Assembly: GCA_963575745.1 (NCBI GenBank)
Contig: CAUYUJ010000040.1
Location: 1 to 64,000 of the forward strand
Direction of reading: 5' to 3'
DNA: 64,000 bases
From: Prorocentrum cordatum
Lineage: Eukaryota
Below, in pieces: positions 47,701 to 58,279 of the stretch. The position numbers were made by a program, and so were the translations under genes. Position 1 is the stretch's first letter. Every line of letters starts with the position of its first letter. The notes under the pieces are model-generated. The model was not told the origin of the DNA, searched no databases, and was given only the letters and a program-made list of their open reading frames with translations.

Positions 47701-49798
47701 AGCGGCCCCTACACCAGCACCACCCGCACCACTGCCAGCACCACAGGAGCCCGGAAGGCCCGGAGGCGCAGGGGAAGTGGCTCAGGAGCCACACCATGCC
47801 GCACCTGCGTCTGAAGACGTGCCAGACGTGCACATGCAGCAGCAGGAGCTGCCGCGACCTCCTGTGGAAGCCCCAGGCCACGAAATGGACGAAGCAGGCG
47901 ACGGTCCCCAGGAGAAGCGGTCAAGAACGATCGCTGGACTGCCAACGCTGCACGAGCCCAGCTTGGTGGCGGCAGCTGTGGGAACAACAGTTAGCTACCT
48001 CTGCTCAGCCATGGAGGGGGGGGACCCAGAAGTGGTTCCTATCAACATGGACTGGAGCACGGAGTACTTCTCCACGAAGGCCGGTGTCAAGCTTGACCCG
48101 CAGAAGGTGTACGAAGGGAAGATCAACGAGATGAGGCAGATCGACGCTTACGAAATTAAGCATGATATCTCCTGGTCAGATGCCCGGCAGATGGGGCTCA
48201 AGCTGGTCAACGGCAAGTGGGTGCTTGAGCCGAAGCCTTCGGAAGTGGACCCGGAGGCAGTGCGAGCACGCCTGGTTGCAACAGAGTTGAACACGTACGC
48301 CAGAGAGGACGTAACGCAATCCACACCACCAGTAAAGGCGTTTAGGATCATCGTAAGCCTCGCTTCGTCCAAGCAGCGCCCAGACGGCACTTGGGCGAGG
48401 CTCGTGGCAGGCTACGACGTTTCGGTGGCATTCTTTCACGCAGAGTCGACGGGCAAGACAGCGGTCATCCCGCCAGCTGACGTGCGGAAGAAAGGTTTCG
48501 TGTGGTTATTGCGCAAGGCCATGTACGGCACCCGGGAGGTGAGCAAGCAGTTCGGCAGTTACGTGATCAAAGCTCTCGTGGGGGAGGGTTTCGTCATGAT
48601 CATGGTCATGCCGATGGTGTTCGTACGTCATGCGCTGGACATCAGTCTCGGGTGTCACGGAGACGATCTTCAGGCGGAGGCAGAGAAGGAGGCGCTGGAC
48701 GAGCTTGACAAAATCATGCAGCGCCACTTCGAAATCAAGATACTCCCTCGTATCGGACCGCCGGAGCACGGAGGGCAGGCCACGGAGCTGAAGCACCTCA
48801 GGAGAACGATCTGGTGGACCCCGAAAGGATTCGAGTGGGAGGGCAACTTAGAGCACATCACCAGCCTGATGGAGTTGCAAGGCCTGCAGCCTGGATCGCC
48901 CCGGGGCATGACAACACCCTCGTCGAAGGACACAGGGAGAGGTGATCGAGACATCGCAGATCCTCTGGCGACGGGGCCGGCGCAGCTCTTCAGGACAGCG
49001 GCCGGTACCTTACAGTACCTAGCAGAGGATGTCCCGAGTGTCAAGTTCACCACGAGCACAGTCATGGAGGGGATGACGACGCCTACCAAAATGCACGCGC
49101 TGCGTCTGAACAGGTGTGCTCGTTACCTCCTAGACCATCCCGGCGAGATCTGGATCTTCGTTTTCCAGAAGATGCCGGCGCATCTCTCTGAGTACTGCGA
49201 TTCTGCTTGGGCCGCCAACAGGGAGACCAGGAAAAGCATGTCCTGTGTCGTTGAGCGCTTTGGAGAGCACTTGATAGACATGAGCGTGTCTAAACAGTCA
49301 TTGCCTGCGCTGAGCTCTGGGGAGGCAGAGTTTTATGCCATCATCAAAGGCACGGCTATGGGTGTCCAAACGACGCAGATCATCGAGGCGATGACGCGTC
49401 CGCCGTGCAAATTGGTGGTTTTGAGCGACTCTTCGACGGCCCGGAGCATCTGTAACATGCAGGGCAGTGGCAAGGTGCGCCATTTATCTGTGAAGGACCT
49501 GTGGGTGCAGGAGTTCTTCCGAGAGAAGCGCGGGGAGCTGCTCAAGGTTGACGGCTCTGTCAACTGGGCAGACCTCGGTACGAAGGCACATCCGAAAGCA
49601 CGGCTGGACCAGCTACTCGAGATGATGCCGCTACGAAGGCGAGAGCCTTTGAGAGAGGGCTTGAGCACTGGAAGGGTGACAGCATTCCTAGCGGTGCTGA
49701 CCCCAGGCCGCGAAAGCCTACGGAGGTGGGCTGCGGCAGCCTGGCGTGGCCCGGAGGCCCACCCAGGGACCCGGCCGGAGCACGGAGTGGCCCTGTGA
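44744..49798 (+). CDS. Copia gag-pol polyprotein (1684 aa)
   Basis: gag; CWYCEKKGHIAADC (45668-45709); PR VVDTGA (~45905); IN HQLTH..WCDHC plus D(CVDY), D(LSDG), E(IERS); RT VRARLVA, YDVSVAFFH, LRKAMYG, CHGDDL (~48653-48670); RNase H YCDSAWA, SSGEAEFYA, SDSS, ADLGTK. Confidence 0.97.
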   Translation: MPTVEELQNQVRAQAGQITELVAAIRELRTIPASATAASATPPAPQGTGSVLQPCVGTRLIGKPDTYLGQRAKWPEWSFVFRAYLAALDSRYPALLARAEATASVVTNASLEPWEASLSAQLYYVMVMLFRDAAQDKMSTIGAGEGLEAWRQAILDWDPKIRTRKVGLLIKILTANFSGDIPQSLDQFEHLVREYEGQAGKQFDEDLNIGIVIVNMVDTSIQQHLTKNSARLETWKALMEELLDMARTEQYLNSQPKPMELGATPKGGKGAGKGKKGDGKGKGKEEGKGKGKASEPKGKAKAGASEKVCWYCEKKGHIAADCKKKAKDAKKKLAAAPERLGGNDSAAPHAALLQDSDEVSHGFLLPMLPVVETDHLAALQGPKRVVVDTGAGASVCPVSFDAAASADTSVKPVTLATATGEEVRLRDGKRSHLQAADGTGVTSRYSSSEQVTVPVVSASDACDAGNWLVFGPGVQKVISARDAEGLRQVVQATPGLEMVRDRGVYWLELWDEQPAGEARPLCPDKPVKKVFTPPVEIPPAAQEPQAADGYPTAQEGGSSGSADRNPPLPAPRGPAPAPARPDSRPPTLMADSEEARRPRAKKIPPTVTQAEWDSHQLTHLPFRSWCDHCVSGKATEDPHTQQEPEAEGAVPKICVDYFFLTSKRDEQDMYVVLNVLDAKSGMPFPGMVNRKGEDDYALALMSEAVRFCGRTNMLLLSDGEKPINRFIDVFIGTRSSKHCVSKRNTPKESSQSAGLIERSNYEVEKEYRALKHRLESVYKQQFPLERKIQPWLVRHAGWLLVRFLVKADGKTPHSRLFGKDYTGEIVEFGECVHHKSPLSTVGKADDRWNLGVWLGKSMRADEHLVGTSRGELTCRSIWRRPEQQRWNKQLLDAFVGSPWEPVPPAARELPEGPSRPRDVYITLDRIIRLGKAPDCPGCKAPGDARHTPACRERFARLVAVEKEAQEKAQEKAREQRQRAVDHAPPAAAPTPAPPAPLPAPQEPGRPGGAGEVAQEPHHAAPASEDVPDVHMQQQELPRPPVEAPGHEMDEAGDGPQEKRSRTIAGLPTLHEPSLVAAAVGTTVSYLCSAMEGGDPEVVPINMDWSTEYFSTKAGVKLDPQKVYEGKINEMRQIDAYEIKHDISWSDARQMGLKLVNGKWVLEPKPSEVDPEAVRARLVATELNTYAREDVTQSTPPVKAFRIIVSLASSKQRPDGTWARLVAGYDVSVAFFHAESTGKTAVIPPADVRKKGFVWLLRKAMYGTREVSKQFGSYVIKALVGEGFVMIMVMPMVFVRHALDISLGCHGDDLQAEAEKEALDELDKIMQRHFEIKILPRIGPPEHGGQATELKHLRRTIWWTPKGFEWEGNLEHITSLMELQGLQPGSPRGMTTPSSKDTGRGDRDIADPLATGPAQLFRTAAGTLQYLAEDVPSVKFTTSTVMEGMTTPTKMHALRLNRCARYLLDHPGEIWIFVFQKMPAHLSEYCDSAWAANRETRKSMSCVVERFGEHLIDMSVSKQSLPALSSGEAEFYAIIKGTAMGVQTTQIIEAMTRPPCKLVVLSDSSTARSICNMQGSGKVRHLSVKDLWVQEFFREKRGELLKVDGSVNWADLGTKAHPKARLDQLLEMMPLRRREPLREGLSTGRVTAFLAVLTPGRESLRRWAAAAWRGPEAHPGTRPEHGVAL

Positions 49799-50382
49799 GC
49801 CACCCGCGGCCCGGACGAGAACGCGAGCAGCGTGGTTGAAGTCGCGTCAGCCTCGTACGCTGCAATGCTGTGCATGCTGGCGGGAATGGCCAACGGCCCT
49901 GCTGCGGCCTAGTGAGCCGCGTGGGCAGGGAGACCCTCCTGTGGCTGAGGGAGCCGGGGAGGGGCAACGAAAGGGAGGACCACCAGCAGTGGCTCAGGAG
50001 CCGTGCCGGGGAGGCACCCAACAAAGCAGCAGCAAGGCAGGCTAAGACCTTTTCACCCGGCAGAGGCAGCAATGCCGGCAAACCCTAGTCCACCTAGGTA
50101 CCCGCCTCTGGACTGATCGGGTTGGGCGTGTCTCTGCATGGCTGGAGTCTGATCAACTCCCGTGTGGTGACGACAGAGAGGGACGACCTTTGAGCGTCGC
50201 TTGATGCAGGGACTGCTCGGGCAGCTGGCCCGACCACCTTTTACTTCTACAAAAAACTGCGCCACTCTTCTCCAGGCGTGGCTCCGGAGAGCCACCGGCA
50301 CTAGGTTGCGGTCTAGTGAGAGAGCCCTGACAAGCACGAGCGAAGGCCATGTGAGGCTACAGACGCCTACATGGTGGAGGGG

Positions 50383-50590
50383 TGTTGAGGCATCCTGCAT
50401 GTTCAGGGCATTCGCTGATTGTATATACTGGAGCTCTCGACCCCATGTAGCAATGCAGTGCAGCAGTTAGCATGTGGGTGGGTAGGTAGGCAGCATCAGC
50501 AGCGTAGCATAGAGTGGAGAGAGTTGGACTGCAGCCCTCTTTGGCCCGTGCGCTGAAAAGGGCCCGTGCGCGTCCGCGCGCGCTCCGACA
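50383..50590 (+). repeat. 3' LTR of inner Copia element
   Basis: 199/208 identical to the 5' LTR. Confidence 0.97.
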
Positions 50591-50595
50591 AGAAG

Positions 50596-53500
50596 CCCAC
50601 GCTCACGCACGACTTCGAGAGCAATACGGCACCGAGGCTATATGCTACGTCGAGCGACTCCACTGGAACATGGGACATCCCAATCCAGCAGTTCTACATC
50701 GGCTACTACAACAAGCAGGCGCTCAGGAGAACGTACTTCAGTGCGCGGCAGAGTATCGTTGCGAACACAGCATGTCACAACAGCGACCAGCTAAGGCACC
50801 CAACGCTTCGACAAAACAAACCACTAAATTTAACGAGATCGTCTATACGAACGTTTTCTGGATCAGGACGGCGACCGGCAATGCAGCAGTTCTTTCCATG
50901 GTAGACGGGGCCACGCGGCACTGCGCACTACCTACCATCGAGACGGAGACGGCCGAGGAGCTCGTCAATGCAGTCGAGCGAGGCTGGATCAGACAGTTCG
51001 GGCCCATGGGGAAGTTACGTACCGATGATGAGTCAGGTTCTGCTTCGGAGCGATTCGCACAATTTTTGGAGCAGCATGATATTTCGATCGTCACTGCAGC
51101 AGGCGAGGCGCATTCGAGTCTAGGAGTTGTCGAGCGACATCATCAAGTTATTCGGGAAGCGATTGAGCTGCAGTGTGCCGACACTATTGCTCGTGTCACG
51201 CGGACGTCGATCACGGAGGATTTGGCTACAGACACCAGGTCAACCGTTTGGCGTTTACAAAGGGTTATTCACCATGCCAATGGGTTTCAGAGTGGACCCT
51301 ACAGCTACCATGACCACCTCCAGCGAAAAGTTGCCACCAGCGACCCTGTACCAGATGAAGGAGGACGAGGACTTCAAGAACGCATTGGAGAGGAGTTCGA
51401 TGGCGGCTACGACATTGATGAAGGCGGACGCCTCAGCAAAGCTATGACGGGCGTTGCGACGTCGACACGTCGCGCTCAAGCACGACTAAGCTATTGGTCA
51501 GCGTTGCTTCTACTGGCGCGAAGGGAAGACTAAAAAGCTAATCAAGAACAAATGGAACGGACCCGCGATTGTGTTCTTCAAGGAGATGAGGCAGAATGAG
51601 AGCGGGCCGAGGACCTACTGGATCGTTCATGGCACGCAGCTACTACGCTGTGCGCCTGAGCACGGTCGGCCAGACGTCAGTGATCAAGGATGCGTTCTAC
51701 TCGAGAACCTCACGCAAGCCAAGGAGACCTTGGGAAATATGAAGAGGACCGGGGTTGCGCAATTTCCACGACGTCAGCTCGCATCACCGTCCGCTCGACG
51801 CACCAGACGATTCGGACATGGACATCAGTGACGACGACGACGGGCCAGAAGACGGGCCACCATCAAAGAGGCAGAGAGGATCGCCATCGGCATCGGCTTC
51901 GGCACCAACCGCGACGGCAGCAACCACAGGAGCGGCGTCTTCGTCATCGATGGCAGCCTCGCCATCACCGCCAGCCCCTCCAGGACTGTCGAGTCCCTCG
52001 GAGGATGAGCCGACGGGGCAAGCAGAGACGCCCCGGGAAACGCCTCCAGGTCAACCGGACCAGGAGCCAATGCCTACTACACCACCTACCAAGACGACAA
52101 CGCCAGCCGAGCAACCACAACCATCCCCACCAACTCCAGGGCAGTCGGTACCACCAGCACCAACACCAGCGACGTTGGGCCCAGCAATGTCGACATCCTC
52201 AGGAGCGACGACACAGGCACCTACGTTTGCTACGGCGAGCTCGAGCCTAAGGGAGAGTCGCAGGCGACTGGACGCGGCTGAAGCTTCCATATTCACCCGA
52301 CCTGGAGGAGGAATTTACCGAGGACCACCAATACCAGACCCGACAGCAGTTGCCCAACCAATGGGCGACGACAGTGCTGACGACGAGCTCGCGGCGATGC
52401 AACTCGTGCTAGAGGACGAGGACCTACCGTTTGGATGGGAGTTCGACGGCAAGGACGCCAAGCTGAACGACATTTACGCCGAGGTCAGCACCAGGAAACA
52501 TGACACCTCACGAGAGAGCGGCGTTCATGGAAGGTGAAAGGTAGGAGCTCGAGGAGTTCTTCGGCAACGAGGTCCGGGAGTTCCACAAGCCGACAGGAAA
52601 AGAAGATCCCAAGCGTATCCTGCAGGCCAAGTGGGTATTGAAGTGGAGCAAGAACGGCCACGGCACTCCAAGAGCCAAGGCACGTCTAGTACTCCAGGGA
52701 TTCAACGACCCAGACGCACTCGACGGTACGGTACCAACGGCATCACCTACAGCATCGAGATTGGGACGTCAACTGACTATGCAACTGGCGGTGAACAACG
52801 GATGGAGACTGTGGACCGTAGACGTGGCTTCACCATTTCTTCAAGGGAGACCCTAAAAGCGAATGCTCTACGCGAAAGGACCTCGAGACGCAGCAAACCT
52901 CATGGGCATCGAGCCGGACACGCCGATGAAAATGATCAAGCCCATGTACGGACAGGTGGACGCACAAGGACAATGGTGGCAACGAGCAGCTGACGACCTC
53001 AAAGCCACCGGCCTCAAGCAACATCCACTGGACCCGTGTCATTCGTGAGCTATTATTCGGAAACTGCGACGGCTTTATTTTAGTTTATGTGGACGATATG
53101 CTTGGAGGAGGCGATCGTCGGCCCGGAAGCAACTACAGCGCTATCATCGAGGCAGTCAAGAGCAAGTTCAAGTTTTGGAAGTGGATCGAGGAGGAGAAGA
53201 TGAAGTACTGCGGATCGGACCTGCGCCAGACGACTCACTGGGACAACAAACAGTCCAACAACACAAAGATCAACATCACAATTCAAACGTACGCTTCCAA
53301 CCTCAAGCCGATCACGATCGACCAGAAGAATGGTGACAGCGACCGTCTACCTAACCCTATGGAGATACGACAACTTCGAGGATTGTTAGGAGCGCAACCA
53401 TGGCTAAGTTCCCAGGCGTGCACACGTACCTCAACATCGGTCAGCATCCACTAAGGGCAACTTCCTACGGCAACAATGGCGACAGCGAGGGAGGCGAACA

Positions 53501-54716
53501 AAACGATCAGGTTCTACAAGCGGAATGCGAACGTGGGACTGAGGATGAAGAAGATCGGGAAGGTCAGTGACGCAGTTCTGGTGGCATTGACGGACGCTGC
53601 GTGGGGAGTGCGGCAAGACAGATCTAGCCAAGGAGGCTATGTGATTATGGCGTGTCATTCAAAAGTTCTCAATGGCGAGGACTCGGATTTCAGCGTCGTT
53701 GATTGGATGTCCTTCAAGCTCACAAGGATCGCGGGATCCTCGCTTCATGTGGAATCTTAGGCGGCGGCAGCAGGGATGGACGCACTGGGGTTCGCGAAGC
53801 GGTTCTGGGCGGCGCTCATCTACGACAACGTGGACATCAACAACAACATCAACACCCACTACGCAGGATAATCAGCACTCGTGATCGATGCAACGCAGCG
53901 AAGAAGGAAAGCAACGCCAGCTTCCAGGACAAGCATACTGGCATCGACGTTCTAGCATTACGAGAGTGGATGGAAGCTACGAAGGCGCAATGGAAATGGG
54001 CTTCTTCAGAGCATCACTACGCAAATGGACTCACGCAGTTGGCCGCGCGGCAGCTATTCGCTGACAGGCTTCGAGCTGGACTGCTACAGCTTCAACATGG
54101 CCCTACCTATACCGCAGCCAAAAAGGAAGAGAGGCATAATCATATCATCGAGAATGGTCGACTGGAGACACCATCGGCGACGAGGTCATCCAGGTCACCA
54201 CTCATGCAATTGGCAGTTTTTGCAACATGCTGTTGCAAGTCAAAGGCTACGTGCACAGAGGACGACTACAACACCGAATCCAGGTACTACTACGACGAAG
54301 CAGCGACATGTTCGTGGTTTTCTGGAGGTGTCCTGAACGCACTATCATTTATGATGAGGGGAATGCTGGTGGCCATGCCAACGACCTACTATGTGCTACA
54401 TAAGTTCGTGGACCAGCAAGGCACTACTCCGATCCCGGTCAAGACGGAATCCATCAACAAATTTGAAAAGACCGTGGAGAAGGAGACGATCAGCAACAAC
54501 AAGAACAACGACTACAAGTACCAGAAGATTCGGCAGCGGACGGTTGGAGTCCAGAGTATGGTTACCTACTGTTTGATGGGCGACAAGTGGCAGTTCTACC
54601 ACAAAACGCAAGGATTCAAGAGAGCAGGCGAGATCACCATCGAGATGGAGGAACCCAGCATGCAGCACGACAAAATGAAGTCACCAAGGGATGACGCCAA
54701 AACGGGCTTCACGTGA
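50596..54716 (+). pseudogene. Outer element integrase, RT, RNase H and C-terminal tail (many frameshifts and stops)
   Basis: RLHWNMGHP...YRC; LRTDDESG; GVVERHH; KWVLKW...KARLVLQGFNDPD; VDVASPFLQG; KPMYGQVDA; YVDD (53086-53097); TDAAWG..SSQGGY; tail with a hydrophobic segment and RTVGVQSMVTY. Confidence 0.85.
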
Positions 54717-54860
54717 ATGAAACCTCACCCTGCACGATCTTGTTTAGTATTCCATGCTTTCTTAGCAGTATTTCTTGCGTTTCGTATCAATGGAATTTCG
54801 GTTTTCACACTTCATATCTATGGACTGTCGTTTCCCGCAGTTTACATTCCCTTCGACGAG

Positions 54861-55096
54861 TGTGAGATATACGCTGCGCATCTGTGTAGACATCATAGCA
54901 AGATTGTAGCAGAGTGTGCACAGCATTATAAGCACGAGCTGGGGACGAAAAACAGCCTCCGACCTTGCTGTCTTTTGGCCCAAACCTTGACAGGCCCCTT
55001 GAGTCACCAGCGCAGCGGTGTGAAAACCTCCCGGTGCTATTCGTTATTATCCTTCTTATTGCCATCGAAGACTTCGAGGGTCTTGATCAGTTCATA
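54861..55096 (+). repeat. 3' LTR of outer Copia element
   Basis: TGTGAGATATAC...CAGTTCATA followed by TSD CGGGG. Confidence 0.9.
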
Positions 55097-55750
55097 CGGG
55101 GGGCTGCCATCTGCGAGACAGGGTTGAGCGGAGTGAGGCCCCGCCGCTGACTCAGACTAGATCAGGCGATCCGTGGGGGGGTGCGAAATGTGACATTGTC
55201 ACCACTTTCGGGGGCTGGTGGAGGGCTCCGCGGAATACGCCCCGCCGCAGATTCTGACTAGACTTGGCCATCCATGGGGGGGGCGACGTGTGAAGCCGTC
55301 GCCCTTTCGAACAACTTTTGTCGGGGTCCAGCGGGGTAAGCCCCGCCGCAGATTCAGGTTAGACCTCGCCGTCCTCGGGGGGCTGTAGAATGCGAGGCTG
55401 TCGCCACTGTCGACGGCTATTGGGGGCCAGCAGAGTGCAGCTCCAACCGCACATTCGGACTAGACCTTGGGTGGCTGCGAAGTGTGAAACGGTTCACTTT
55501 CGAGGCATGCAGAGGGTCCAGCGGGGTGGAGCCCCGCCGCAAATCGGTACTAGACCTCGCCATATCTGGGGGTGCAAACCACGGCCTTGTCGCCATTCGC
55601 GAGGGCGCCGCGTAGTCAAATTCGACATCGGCGGGCTGCGCAGTGCAATGCTGCTGCCACTTCCGAAGGCTGCTGGCGCCGCAGATTCAAACTAGACCTC
55701 GCCATCCGTGGGTGGCTGCGAAATTTAACATTGTCGCCACTTTCGAAAGC
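55097..55750. repeat. ~100-bp diverged satellite, continuing on the far side of the LTR element at ~40330-40446
   Basis: GCCCCGCCGCAGATTC...ACTAGAC...GTCGCCACTTTCG units near 55140, 55240, 55341, 55441 and 55533. Confidence 0.75.
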
Positions 55751-55799
55751 TGCAAAAACCCAGCACTGCCCGTCGACCTGGCCTCGGATTGTGAGTTCG

Positions 55800-56335
55800 G
55801 TCAAAACCTGGGCATCACGGGCGGCACTCATGGGATGTGTTTTTTTCTCGCGGGTATCCGCATTCGTTTGCTGGGGCATGTGGACCCCGACAGGGGGTTT
55901 GTCAAGGGCGCCGAAGGCGGGGTCGCGCACGTGGCCGTCGACCCGAAGAATGAGGACGGGGTGGAGGCAACGGATGCCAAGCGACGTCCTGCGCACCTGC
56001 GGAGCTTGCCTTGCGGCGCGCGGTGCGCATGGACAAATGCAAGGCCGCCACCTGTGGCCAAAAAAAAAACTCGCGGAACTCGATCCCAACATCGACGCCT
56101 CAGAGGCGGCGGGCCTCGTCTTCATCGAACCGCATACCTCTAGCCCGTTCGACTTCCGCTCGCATGAGGTCACGCGCGCCGGACTGGTCATCTCCCGCGC
56201 CGAAGTCCCGACGTCCACGGCCTGCAAAAGCCGGGCCATGCACCGCAGAGTCATTGTAGACGCCGGGTGCAGAGACGCAGAAGACCTGAACGCCCGCTGG
56301 CTGCATCTCTACGCGCAACCTGCTGATGATGCGCG
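55800..56335 (+). pseudogene. Second Helitron/Pif1 helicase C-terminal fragment
   Basis: GIRIRLLGHVDPDRGFVKGAEG (2B-domain pattern G.RvrL...GLv.g..G), LRSLPCG, VTRAGLVISRAEVPTSTACKSR (degenerate motif V), WLHLY (start of motif VI). Confidence 0.55.
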
Positions 56336-56464
56336 ACCCCGGCATCGATGTATTTCCCAACCATCCTGTGGTGTTGGGTCCCCGTTTTGAAGAGACGTCG
56401 CCCCGCGTTCCTTCTCCTCCTCTCCTCTCCTCCTCCCCCTCCTCCCCCCTCCTCCCTGCGTTTC

Positions 56465-57665
56465 ACCCACCCAGTACAGCGCTTCGTGCCCCCTTGGGAG
56501 CTCCACCGAAGGCTCCAGTGGCTGCGTTGGCGTGGTGGCCTCGGGCCATTTCGGTACACCCCTCACGAGGATCGTGGCCCCATAGGGAGCTCCACCGAAG
56601 GCTCCAGTGGCTGCGTTCGCATGGTGGCCTCGGGCAATTTCGGCACACCCCTCACGAGGATCGTGGCCCCATGGGGAGCTCCACCGAAGGCTCCAGTGGT
56701 TGCGTTCGCGTGGTGGCCTCGGGCCATTTCGGCACACCCAGTACAGCGCTTCGTGGCCCCATAGGGAGCTCCACCGAAGGCTCCAGCGGCTGCGTTCGCA
56801 CAGTGGCCTCGTGCCATTTCGGCACACCCCTCACGAGGATCGTGACCCCATAGGGAGCTCCACCGAAGGTTCCAGTGGCACCGTTCGCATGGCGGCCTCG
56901 GGCAATTTCGGCACACCCCTCACGAAGATCGCGGCCCCATAGGGAGCTCCGAAGGCGCCAGTGGCAGTGTTCGCATGGCGGCCTCGGGCCATTTCGGCGC
57001 ACCCCTCACGAGGATCGTGGCCCCATGGGGAGCTACACCGAGGGCTCCAATGGCTGCGTTCGCATGGTGGCATCGGGCCATGTCGGCACACCCCTCACAA
57101 GGATCGTGGCCCCATAGGGAGCTCCACCGAAGGCTCCAGTGGTTGCGTTCGCGTGGTGGCCTCGGGCCATTTCGGCACACCCAGTACAGCGCTTCGTGGC
57201 CCCATAGGGAGCTCCACCGAAGGCTCCAGTGGCTGCGTTCGCACAGTGGCCTCGTGCCATTTCGGCACACCCCTCACGAGGATCGTGGCCCCATAGGGAG
57301 CTCCACCGAAGGCTTCAGTGGCAGCGTTCGCATGGCGGCCTCGGGCCATTTCGGCACGCCCCTCACGAGGATCGCGGCCTCCGCCGAAGGCGCCAGTGGC
57401 TGCGTTCGCATGGCGGCCCCGGGCCATTTCGGCACACCCCCACGAAGATCGTGGCCCCATGCGGAGCTCCACCGAAGGCGCCAGTGGCAGGGTTCGCATG
57501 GCGGCTCGGGCCATTTCGGCACACCCCTCACGAGGATCGTGGCCCCATAGGGAGCTCCACCGAAGGCCCCAGTGGCAGGGTTCGCATGGTGGCCTCCGGC
57601 CATTTCGGCACGCCCCTCACGAGGATCGTGGCCCCGTAGGAGCGCCACCGAAGGCCCCAGTGGCA
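56465..57665. repeat. ~89-bp tandem repeat array (about 13 units)
   Basis: CCCCTCACGAGGATCGTGGCCCCATAGGGAGCTCCACCGAAGGCTCCAGTGGCTGCGTTCGCATGGTGGCCTCGGGCCATTTCGGCACA; core at 56501, 56590, 56679, 56769 and onward. Two alternating subtypes. Confidence 0.95.
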
Positions 57666-58279
57666 ACCTCTCTCATGGCTCTCAGAGCCCTCTCCTGCTT
57701 CTACTCCTCGGTCAGGGGGGCGCCGCCCACGTCGTCGTCGGCGCCCGCGAAGACGGCCACGAACGTGCCCCTGAGCATGTCGGGCTCCGGCGGGAAGTTG
57801 TGGCCACATCGGGGGCGCGGGCGAAGATGTTATTCACAATTGCGGTAGTCACAACTGCGCATGGTTGGGTCTTTCGCCGAGCTAATTTCCCGCGGGCTGG
57901 CTGCAGACCTGGCGGCGCGTCGGCGGGCGTTTAGCTCCCGCAATGGACAGCCGGGGGGCTAGGGCGAGCTAGGCATCGCTCGCGACTTTCGCTCGCTACA
58001 AGCAAGCGTTCCTTTGGAGCGCCACGGCGGCATGGGACATGGAGGGTTCCATGTCTGGCGCACAACTGAATCCGCCGATCCGGCGCGCGAGTTTCAAGGG
58101 CCCTCAGATGTGGCCTGCACCTCAGTTCTTAAGCTTCAACTCTGCTGGGGGGGCGGGTGCCGGAGTGGCTCTACCGGGGCGAGGGGGGGGTCCGAGACAA
58201 TTTTGGCGGCAAAACCGGGGCGCCTCGCGGCCGCCCGGCGTCCAGCTGGCGAGCCGCCATCCCGCGTCGAACCCCGCCA

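Larger units (their letters stand above)
43682..50590 (+). mobile_element. Inner (younger) Ty1/Copia LTR retrotransposon, near intact
   Basis: 208-bp TG...CA LTRs with 9 mismatches. TSD AGAAG (43677-43681 and 50591-50595). PBS at 43890, PPT GGTGGAGGGG (50373-50382), uninterrupted gag-pol. Confidence 0.97.
40447..55096 (+). mobile_element. Outer (older) Ty1/Copia LTR retrotransposon carrying a C5-methyltransferase-like domain; interrupted by a nested element
   Basis: 236-bp LTRs, roughly 83% identical by manual count. TSD CGGGG (40442-40446 and 55097-55101). PBS-like TGGAAGCGGAACCTGG at 40684. Order is gag, Zn knuckle, PR, MTase-like, IN, RT, RNase H. Confidence 0.9.

Noticed and set aside
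56465..57665. CRISPR-like regular repeats
   Set aside because: Whole units are repeated with no unique spacers, there are no cas genes and the context is eukaryotic; this is a tandem array.
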